Assembly (NCBI RefSeq): GCF_002836745.1
Contig: NZ_PJAR01000024.1
Location: 163,174 to 203,173 of the forward strand
Direction: 5' to 3'
Length of the DNA stretch: 40,000 nucleotides
Origin: Glaciecola sp. 33A
GTDB lineage: Bacteria > Pseudomonadota > Gammaproteobacteria > Enterobacterales > Alteromonadaceae
This document shows, piece after piece, positions 17,740 to 25,463 of the stretch. Positions within the stretch are counted from its first letter, which is position 1. Each line of letters starts with the position of its first letter. The notes below the pieces were generated by a model that saw only the letters and a program-made list of their open reading frames with translations, was not told the DNA's origin and searched no databases. The translations under genes and the position numbers were made by a program.

Positions 17740-18196
17740 GAAGATGCATCTATTAAAGAAAACACATAATAAATAGGGATAGGTCGAGAGCTTTTTCTGC
17801 GACTTAATCCTATTGTTGGACAAGCCCGGTGTTGAAGGTGTCTGCTTATATAGTAGATATATCGGTTGAGGGCGAAGGGCATATAGGGCGAAGTGATGCC
17901 GCTCTTTTTTGTCTATCACCTGTGAGGTTGTTTGCAGTCGTTTGGGTGTGGGCGCATACTGTGCCTACGCGCACTCCATGGTTGTGTTAGTTAGCTTTAA
18001 GCCGACATTCCGCGGCATTTTAAGAATATATTCGCTGGTAATTAATACCTAAAATTTTAATGACAATGGCTTGCTTTTCCTGCCATTGCTCAATCGCTGC
18101 AAAGGCATCAGTGCGACAGACACCTTGGTAGCCCTTACAAATGGGGGCAAATAATACAAACTATACTCAATCCTTTACTCCATCATACTGATACAA

Positions 18197-19438
18197 TTAA
18201 GACATGTAGTTATCAGGCATAGGTAAAGTAGCCACGCCAGAATCAACTGCCGCTTGTGCTACAGCTTTAGCAACAGCAGCCAATAAACGAGAATCCATAG
18301 GTTTAGGTATTATATAATTCTTACCAAAATTTAATTCTTTTTCACCATATGCAGTCAACACTTCAACAGGAACGGACTCTTTCGCCAAAGTACGAATGGC
18401 ATGAACAGCTGATACTTTCATTTCATCATTAATAGTGCGAGCTCTAACATCTAACGCACCACGGAAAATAAATGGGAAACATAAGACGTTATTTACTTGA
18501 TTTGGATAATCGCTTCGACCCGTTGCCATTATAAGGTCACTTCGTACAGCTAAAGCATCTTCAGGTTTAATTTCAGGATCTGGATTAGAGCAGGCAAAGA
18601 TAATAGGATTAGGAGCCATCAATTTAACTTGCGCTTGTGAGAGTAAATTTGGACCAGATAGCCCAACAAAAACATCTGCACCACTAATTGCATCGTCTAA
18701 AGTGCGCTTGTCCGTATTGTTTGCAAATAATTTTTTATATTCATTCAAATCATCACGTCCTTTATGCACGATACCTTTTGTATCCAGCATATATATATTT
18801 TCACGCTGTGCTCCACATTTAATTAATAATTCCATACAAGCAATGGCCGCAGCCCCAGCACCTAAACAAACAATACTTGCTTGCTTAATATCTTTACCTT
18901 GAATTTCTAGCGCATTCATCATCCCTGCTGTAGTCACGATGGCAGTGCCATGCTGATCGTCATGAAATATTGGTATTTTACAGCGCTCAATTAACGCTTT
19001 TTCAATAACAAAACACTCAGGTGCTTTAATATCTTCAAGGTTAATGCCGCCAAAGCTATCAGCAATATTAGCAACCGTATTGACAAATTCCTCAACCGTT
19101 TTATGCGTTACTTCGATATCGAAAGAATCAATGTTTGCAAAACGTTTGAATAAAAGGGATTTCCCTTCCATTACCGGCTTTGCTGCCATTGGCCCTATAT
19201 TACCTAAGCCTAATACAGCCGTACCATTTGTGATAACAGCAACAGTATTACCTTTAGCCGTGTATTTATAAACATCATCGGGATTATTCGATATCTCACG
19301 GCATGGCTCTGCAACGCCTGGACTATACGCTAGTGATAAATCTTCAATGGTTTCAGCGGCCGTAGTTAATAAAACTCCAATTTTACCTGGTGTTGGTAAT
19401 GCGTGGTAATCAAGTGCTTTTTGACGAAGATCAGACAT
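18197..19438 (-). CDS. NAD(P)-dependent malic enzyme (short form, no phosphotransacetylase-like domain)
   Basis: 413-aa ORF. The sequences ALDYHALPTPGKIGV..., LSLAYSPGVAEPC, VITNGTAVLGLGNIGPMAAKPVMEGK and CLGAGAAAIA are hallmark malic-enzyme motifs. Confidence 0.9.
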   Translation of the reverse strand: MSDLRQKALDYHALPTPGKIGVLLTTAAETIEDLSLAYSPGVAEPCREISNNPDDVYKYTAKGNTVAVITNGTAVLGLGNIGPMAAKPVMEGKSLLFKRFANIDSFDIEVTHKTVEEFVNTVANIADSFGGINLEDIKAPECFVIEKALIERCKIPIFHDDQHGTAIVTTAGMMNALEIQGKDIKQASIVCLGAGAAAIACMELLIKCGAQRENIYMLDTKGIVHKGRDDLNEYKKLFANNTDKRTLDDAISGADVFVGLSGPNLLSQAQVKLMAPNPIIFACSNPDPEIKPEDALAVRSDLIMATGRSDYPNQVNNVLCFPFIFRGALDVRARTINDEMKVSAVHAIRTLAKESVPVEVLTAYGEKELNFGKNYIIPKPMDSRLLAAVAKAVAQAAVDSGVATLPMPDNYMS

Positions 19439-19744
19439 TAATTTTCCTAATGCGTTAGTTGTAAATTTCTTGAATAAATATTTTATATAGCTATTTATTA
19501 TTGTTGTGATGATGAGTGCATTACTAATTGGGACATCTAAAGCTGTTAACTATGTAAAAATCAGTAATGAAAGAAGACACTTCTGAACAGACCCTAACTA
19601 ATCTATACTGGGTATTGTTGGCTTGGTATGAATGGATGGCTGACTGCTAAAAAAGCAGTAGCCGTAATTATATTTTTATAATGCTTCACTTACCCAATCG
19701 TAAGTTTAAATCCGAACCATCCTGTGTGGTTTAAGACAAAAACA

Positions 19745-20971
19745 TCAAGAGGTTAATATTTCTTTCATCGAGACACCTAAATTAGCAAGTTTAGCTTCAT
19801 CAATAGTGATATTTTCGATAATTAATTTTTTCCCTATCATGAATTCTGCTGGGCTATTCACTGCATCAACCGCAATAACTTTCTTACCAAGTAAATAGAA
19901 TACTGCAAAACGTCGACCATGCTTTATATCACCACGTACGACTAATGAATCGTAGCCCTGCGATAAACCGGCTATTTGTAATTTCATGTCATATTGATCA
20001 GACCAAAACCAAGGTAAAGTATTATAGGCGACAGATTTATCGCAAATGTAAGCAGCTGCAGTTTTAGCTTGGTCGGTAGCATTTTGTACTGACTCTAATC
20101 TTAAATATTTCTTATAAATCGGATTATAATGCCAAGCACAATCGCCACTTGCGACAATATCAGGGTCGCTTGTACATGCAAATTCATTGACTTCAATACC
20201 ATTACCTACTGCTAAACCTGCTTTTTCTGCAATTTCTTGATTCGGCAATACGCCTACACCGACTATTATTAATTCAGCCGGGTAGCTATTACCGTTGGTG
20301 CAAACAACAGAATTTAGATTATCTTTAGCCTCAATTGATGAAACAATAACTTCAGTAACAACGTTAACCCCTTCTTCCGTATGAACTCGAGTATAAAATT
20401 CAGATAATTGTGGTGCCGTTACACGTTCTAACACTCTCGGCATCATTTCTAAAACGGTAACATCCATCCCCAATTTTCGTAATACCGCTGCGGTTTCTAA
20501 ACCGATATAACCACCACCAATAATGACAGCTTTTTTATCTGGCTTTGCAAGAGTCTTAATATAGTCAACATCTTTCGCTGTTTTTAAATATGAAATTCCT
20601 GCAAGGTCACTACCTGGTATCGTTAATTTTCGAACACGAGAACCTAGAGTGAGAGCTAATTTATCGTAATTAAGTATATCGCCATTGTTTAGTGTTACGG
20701 TTTTATCAGCACGATTAATTGCAGCCAAACCAACGCCTAAATTAAATTCAATATTTTGCTTCTCATAAAAAGAAGCGGGTCGTAATAGAATATTACTTAA
20801 CTCTTTTGTACCCGCTAAGTACGCTTTTGAAAGAGGAGGGCGATGATAAGGTAAGGCTCCTTCATCACCGACAACAATAATACGGCCTTCCCAACATTCT
20901 TGACGTAAACTGACACTTAATTGTGCTCCACTATGGCCAGCACCAATGATAATGCAGGTTTTGTCTAACAT
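19745..20971 (-). CDS. FAD-dependent ferredoxin--NAD(P)+ reductase (putidaredoxin-reductase-like) for the Rieske oxygenase system
   Basis: 408 aa counted from the ATG at 20971, with GGAG 7 nt upstream; the track start is TTG at 20986. It has IIIGAGHSGAQ (FAD) and VIIGGGYIGLE (NADH) dinucleotide folds and the C-terminal domain of this family. Confidence 0.85.
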   Translation of the reverse strand: MLDKTCIIIGAGHSGAQLSVSLRQECWEGRIIVVGDEGALPYHRPPLSKAYLAGTKELSNILLRPASFYEKQNIEFNLGVGLAAINRADKTVTLNNGDILNYDKLALTLGSRVRKLTIPGSDLAGISYLKTAKDVDYIKTLAKPDKKAVIIGGGYIGLETAAVLRKLGMDVTVLEMMPRVLERVTAPQLSEFYTRVHTEEGVNVVTEVIVSSIEAKDNLNSVVCTNGNSYPAELIIVGVGVLPNQEIAEKAGLAVGNGIEVNEFACTSDPDIVASGDCAWHYNPIYKKYLRLESVQNATDQAKTAAAYICDKSVAYNTLPWFWSDQYDMKLQIAGLSQGYDSLVVRGDIKHGRRFAVFYLLGKKVIAVDAVNSPAEFMIGKKLIIENITIDEAKLANLGVSMKEILTS

Positions 20972-21020
20972 TGTTTTACTCCACAATAACTGGGCAGTGT
21001 TACCAGTTTGTACATAATGA

Positions 21021-21953
21021 CTACGTTAGTTTTTGACGGCGGGTTTCTAGATCTAACCCCCCAACTATCGCCCATTCAGCATAATTCTCAGGCGTTGGTT
21101 CTAAATTCAGACGTGGCTTCCAATCGCGGGTTAAATAATCTTCATCTGAATAATATTCAACTTGGCCGCCACCTGGACATTGAAAATACCAGAAGAACGC
21201 AGATGAAATAGGGTGACGGCCTGGTCCTACCAGTGTATCCCATTGACAACCACTAAAATGTAAACCACCACCAACAACTTCATAAATGTCTCTCAACATA
21301 AAGGACACGTGATTAATGCCCTTTTTCCGGTTTGGGACTTTTAATAAAAATAAGTTATGGTGAGTTCCTTCTTCAACACACCGGCTAAAGAACCCGCGTC
21401 CAGGATAAGCATCGGTGATATTAAAACCTAACAAATCGATATAAAAACGTTCATGAGCTTCCAAGTCTTCAACAAAAAAAACTACGTGGGAAATATTTAA
21501 AGGTCTTGCTCTGTCATAAACTGGTGCAGGTAAATCGACTCGAAAAATTTGGTCATAGGTATTACTCGGTGTGCCCTTAACATCTGCTTTTTGGCATTGG
21601 GTAACTTGAAAACCGATAGAGAGACCATTTGGATCTATACAGCGGGGAATACCATCATCTCCCCAAGTAATATCGACAGTTGAAGAAATTTTATCAACAA
21701 AAGCATTAAGTGCCTCTTGATTTGACACTCCCCAGATAACTTCGCGAACTGTAGGCCCCTCTTCAATCGCCTTCGGCAATTGAGGATCTGACGTTTTCCG
21801 TAAAATTATTTGGGATTTCTCTAGCGTTTCCAATACCTTAATATCAGCTTCATCTTTTACTAAATTTAAACCCCAATCAGAGAAAAATTTACACGATAGT
21901 GACATATCATCAACACCGTATGTTACTTTTTCAATTCCAGTTAAACCGTTCAT
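21021..21953 (-). CDS. type I extradiol ring-cleavage dioxygenase (two-domain vicinal oxygen chelate fold)
   Basis: 311 aa counted from MNGLTGIEKVTYGV. The track ORF adds 19 codons that overlap the upstream SDR. The C-terminal domain ISHVVFFVEDLEAHERFY...GTHHNLFLL...INHVSFML is typical of catechol/dihydroxybiphenyl 2,3-dioxygenases. Confidence 0.85.
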   Translation of the reverse strand: MNGLTGIEKVTYGVDDMSLSCKFFSDWGLNLVKDEADIKVLETLEKSQIILRKTSDPQLPKAIEEGPTVREVIWGVSNQEALNAFVDKISSTVDITWGDDGIPRCIDPNGLSIGFQVTQCQKADVKGTPSNTYDQIFRVDLPAPVYDRARPLNISHVVFFVEDLEAHERFYIDLLGFNITDAYPGRGFFSRCVEEGTHHNLFLLKVPNRKKGINHVSFMLRDIYEVVGGGLHFSGCQWDTLVGPGRHPISSAFFWYFQCPGGGQVEYYSDEDYLTRDWKPRLNLEPTPENYAEWAIVGGLDLETRRQKLT

Positions 21954-21975
21954 AATGTAGTTTCCAAAAATTAAT

Positions 21976-22782
21976 TTAAATGTGTTTCGCCATGCCACCT
22001 GAGACATCAATAGTGCTGCCTGTGGTATATGATGATGCTGGTGAAGCTAGGTATAATAATGCTTTCGCTGGCTCTTCAGGATGACCAAACCTTGCTAGTG
22101 GAATATTCTTCTGTTTCGCCAATTGGTTAAGCCATGCTTCGTAAGATTCAGTATGCGGTTCATTTGAAGACTTGGCTTTATCATATCGTTTTTGCCATTG
22201 CCCTGATTCTATCGTACCTAACAAAATTGAGTTGACACGAATACCTTTTCGGGCAAATTCTTTAGCCATACTGTGTACCAAATTTAACAAACCAGCTCTT
22301 GCTGCAGAGGTGGCAACCATGTGAGGCTCAGGTTGTAATGCTAGTAAAGAATTAACACATACTATCGACGGATTATCAGAGCCTTCTAATAAAGGTAAAA
22401 ATGCTTGAGTTGGATATATGACCCCAAAAAACTTCAAATTGAGTTCAGCAACCCATGCTTCATCTGTGGTGTTTGAAAACGTTGAAACACGTCCACCGCC
22501 CGCATTATTAATTAAAGCATTAATGTTTCCAAACCTTTCTTCGACGGCCTTTGCAAAAATGTCTAATTGATCTTTTTCTAGCACATCACAACAACGAGCT
22601 AAAATGTTACTTGTAGGGAATTTATTTTCCAAATAAGCACTTATTTCTGTTAGCGTTGTTTGATTTCGAGCACAAAATGCAACATTAGCACCCTCTGCTA
22701 ATAACAATTCAACCGTCGCTAAACCAATACCCGATGTGCCACCGGTAACAACTACGGTTTTATTTTTTAGACCTAAATCCAT
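21976..22782 (-). CDS. short-chain dehydrogenase/reductase (SDR)
   Basis: 268-aa ORF with the cofactor motif VVTGGTSGIGLA and an NNAG motif. It sits 15 bp downstream of the hydrolase gene. Confidence 0.85.
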   Translation of the reverse strand: MDLGLKNKTVVVTGGTSGIGLATVELLLAEGANVAFCARNQTTLTEISAYLENKFPTSNILARCCDVLEKDQLDIFAKAVEERFGNINALINNAGGGRVSTFSNTTDEAWVAELNLKFFGVIYPTQAFLPLLEGSDNPSIVCVNSLLALQPEPHMVATSAARAGLLNLVHSMAKEFARKGIRVNSILLGTIESGQWQKRYDKAKSSNEPHTESYEAWLNQLAKQKNIPLARFGHPEEPAKALLYLASPASSYTTGSTIDVSGGMAKHI

Positions 22783-22797
22783 TCGTTAAACTCCTCT

Positions 22798-23664
22798 TTA
22801 TTGCTCTATTTTATTTCTAATAAAACAGAGTAAAAAACGTTCGAAAATATCGGCTTGCTCAATATAAACGGCATGCCCCGCATTGGGTATTTCTTGAAAT
22901 ATTCCTGAGTGGCAGGTATGTGCAACTAATTTTGCACTTTCTACAGGAACAACTATGTCGTCTGCGCCGTATAAAACTAACACGGGTCCGGTATAGTTTT
23001 GTATATCATCAATTAAATCAGACGACGCTAACATAGCTGCGGCTGCTATATAGCCGCGTTCCCTCAACCGTCTTGTATTCCACTGTACTAAATCCACTGC
23101 TCCTTGTTTAGCGTTTCCAGATAACAAACGTGATGGGCTTAAATGGGCCATTCCATCAACGCCTGTTTGTGTCATGTCAACTACACGATCATTGACTATT
23201 CCATCTCGAGTTGTTTTACTCTGCTTGCCGTAACCTAACGCGGGATTAACAAAAGTAAGGGATTGTATTTTTTCAGGCCAATTTTTAGCAAAAGCAGCAG
23301 CGATAATGGCCCCTAACGAATGACCTACTAGCTGTATTTTTTCCAGTTGTAAATGGTTGATTAATATCAATAACCGTTTGGCATATGCTTGACTAGCTGA
23401 AGTAGAGTCAACAATTATGTTTGAGTCACCATAACCAGGTGCATCCCAAGCAATTAAACGGTATCCGCCAAACTTACTTTCTAATTGTTGTAACCATGAA
23501 GCCGAGCTAGAACCAATACCATGAAGAAAAACAATCGTTTTATCGCTCTGGACACCATTTTCGCGATAAGAAACTGTTACATCCTTTTCAGTTGCTAACT
23601 GCAGTGGATATTGAGCCAACCTAGTGGTTAATTCTTGCATTCGTTCAGCGGTATTATTTTTCAT
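22798..23664 (-). CDS. alpha/beta-fold hydrolase (meta-cleavage-product hydrolase-like)
   Basis: 288-aa ORF with an oxyanion region VFLHGIGSS, the nucleophile elbow GHSLGA, and a C-terminal NAGH (His) region. Confidence 0.85.
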   Translation of the reverse strand: MKNNTAERMQELTTRLAQYPLQLATEKDVTVSYRENGVQSDKTIVFLHGIGSSSASWLQQLESKFGGYRLIAWDAPGYGDSNIIVDSTSASQAYAKRLLILINHLQLEKIQLVGHSLGAIIAAAFAKNWPEKIQSLTFVNPALGYGKQSKTTRDGIVNDRVVDMTQTGVDGMAHLSPSRLLSGNAKQGAVDLVQWNTRRLRERGYIAAAAMLASSDLIDDIQNYTGPVLVLYGADDIVVPVESAKLVAHTCHSGIFQEIPNAGHAVYIEQADIFERFLLCFIRNKIEQ

Positions 23665-23708
23665 TTATCATAAGCTCACTTATTCAACGTTAACATTCAA
23701 CAATAAAC

Positions 23709-24248
23709 CTAAACATTGCGCTTTATTTTGGATAATGGGTGATAGTCTGGATAAGTAGGTATTTGCGGTTTTCCTGAGCCTAACATAACAAACATTAGCG
23801 CTTCTTCCTGTCCAATATTATTTAAACCACGGTATATTCCAGCAGGAACAGAAACCAGATCTCGTTCATTTAAAACGGTGGTATATCGTTTATCACCATC
23901 TTCTAAAAATAGCTTTATTGTTCCTTTGTAACAAAAAAAGACTTCTTCAACATCATGATGGACATGCATTGGTCCTTCACATCCTGCAGGTAGGCACATA
24001 GTTGAAAAAGTAAAATTTTCAGCCGGCACTACATTCATGTCACTACCTACACCCGCAGCACCAGTTCCTAGATATCTCACTTGTGCACGACGGTAAACAG
24101 GATTGTAATCGGCTTGAAATTTCAAGGCATCCCAATCATATTTTCTACTTGCAAAACGAGCGACTCTCGATTCAATTTGTTCTCCAAATTCAGTATCGAT
24201 ATCGACATTTTCAAATAGTTTTTCGTTTGTTACATTATTATCAGTCAT
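23709..24248 (-). CDS. cupin-domain protein
   Basis: 179-aa ORF with cupin motif 1 GPMHVHHDVEEVFFCYKG and motif 2 VPAGIYRGLNN. Confidence 0.75.
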   Translation of the reverse strand: MTDNNVTNEKLFENVDIDTEFGEQIESRVARFASRKYDWDALKFQADYNPVYRRAQVRYLGTGAAGVGSDMNVVPAENFTFSTMCLPAGCEGPMHVHHDVEEVFFCYKGTIKLFLEDGDKRYTTVLNERDLVSVPAGIYRGLNNIGQEEALMFVMLGSGKPQIPTYPDYHPLSKIKRNV

Positions 24249-24342
24249 TCTTTTATCCTTACAATTTTAAAAATTAATTGTCTATACAAACCAATTAAAT
24301 GTTCTTGATACGAAGGCGATGTTTAAAGCATCAAGACTTTTT

Positions 24343-25092
24343 TTAGTTCATCACAAAGCCGCCATTAATTGGTAATAACTGGCCGGTGATAAAATTTGCA
24401 CTGTCAGAGAGTAAAAAATTTACTACACCAACAACATCTTCTGGTAGTTGAGCGCGAGAAATCGCACGTCCATTTTGATATAGTTGATGACGCTCTTTTG
24501 GAACATACTCTGTCGCATCAACAAGTGTTAGTCCGGGAGCAATGGCATTGACACAGACATTATCATTTCCTAATTCTCGTGCCATTGATTTTGTCATCGC
24601 AATAATGGCTCCTTTACTCGATACATAATGCATCAATTGGGGCGCTCCCCAAAGGGCAGTGTCGGATGCAACATTAACAACTTTCCCGCAACTTGATTGA
24701 CGTAAAAAAGGAGCCGCAGCGCGTGTCATTAACCAGGTTCCTCGTACATTAACATTCATCACCCGGTCCCAAACGTCAATATCAATGTCTTCCATTGAAA
24801 CACCGCCTATTCCTGTCGCTATTGCGCCATTATTAACAAGGCCATCTAAGCCACCCAACATTTTCATCGATTGTGAGACACATGCTTCAATGCTGCGAGG
24901 GTCACCTAAGTCAACTTGAACAAAATGGGCGTCATAACCTGATTTTTGCAAACTGTTCGCCACTGCAGATCCTTCAGTTTCTAAGATATCGGCAATAACG
25001 ATATGTGCACCTTTCTCAACTAAACTGATAGCAAAAGCTTGCCCTAAACCACGTGCAGAACCGGTGATAATGATACGTTTGCCTTTAAGCAT
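24343..25092 (-). CDS. short-chain dehydrogenase/reductase (SDR, dihydrodiol-dehydrogenase-like)
   Basis: It has TGSARGLGQA, NNGA and catalytic YVSSK motifs. The ATG at 25092 has GGAG 6 nt upstream; an alternative ATG lies at 25104. Confidence 0.85.
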   Translation of the reverse strand: MLKGKRIIITGSARGLGQAFAISLVEKGAHIVIADILETEGSAVANSLQKSGYDAHFVQVDLGDPRSIEACVSQSMKMLGGLDGLVNNGAIATGIGGVSMEDIDIDVWDRVMNVNVRGTWLMTRAAAPFLRQSSCGKVVNVASDTALWGAPQLMHYVSSKGAIIAMTKSMARELGNDNVCVNAIAPGLTLVDATEYVPKERHQLYQNGRAISRAQLPEDVVGVVNFLLSDSANFITGQLLPINGGFVMN

Positions 25093-25143
25093 TATTTGCT
25101 CCATTTATCTAGAAATACACTTATTTAATCGACACTTGCTAAG

Positions 25144-25455
25144 CTACAAGTAACCATGTATTTCACCCGCACTTACTCGTATTTCATATTTAATGAGATC
25201 TCGTCCTGGTTGGCGCAAGCATTGACCGCTAGGAATATGAAACAGTGCATTATGAAATGGACATTGCACTGTTTCATTAACCACCTTTCCTTGCGATAAC
25301 AAGAAAAAGTTTTGTGCATGCGGGCAAGCATCTTCTACAGCGTAATACCGGTTATCTAGATGATACAAACCAATATATTGATCATTTATCTGTAATGTGA
25401 GCTTTGTATGTTTAATCAGCTCACTTTCAGTTGCTAAAAATAACCAAGATGTCAT
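25144..25455 (-). CDS. Rieske-type [2Fe-2S] ferredoxin
   Basis: 103-aa ORF with CPH...CPFH (CxH-x17-CxxH) and no catalytic domain. It begins 8 bp after the receptor gene ends. Confidence 0.8.
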   Translation of the reverse strand: MTSWLFLATESELIKHTKLTLQINDQYIGLYHLDNRYYAVEDACPHAQNFFLLSQGKVVNETVQCPFHNALFHIPSGQCLRQPGRDLIKYEIRVSAGEIHGYL

Positions 25456-25463
25456 TATTTGCT

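Noticed and set aside
17691-17919. ORFs 17691..17882 and 17725..17919 (minus strand) downstream of the DoxX gene.
   Set aside because: They are mutually overlapping and overlap the DoxX 3' end. They have no motifs and lie in debris DNA.
15955-18147. Short similar segments (tcagtgc ... gacagacacctt ... atggggg) at 15955-15996 and 18108-18147, flanking the LysR-DoxX module, considered as possible insertion-site duplications.
   Set aside because: The longest exact match is only 12 bp, and dozens of such pairs are expected by chance in 40 kb. The parts are separated by unequal indels, so the evidence is too weak to call.
21954-22010. 19-codon N-terminal extension of the extradiol dioxygenase ORF, overlapping the upstream SDR gene.
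   Set aside because: The Met at 21953 gives a normal family N-terminus (MNGLTGIEKVTYGV) and a 22-bp intergenic gap. A 35-bp overlap is less plausible.
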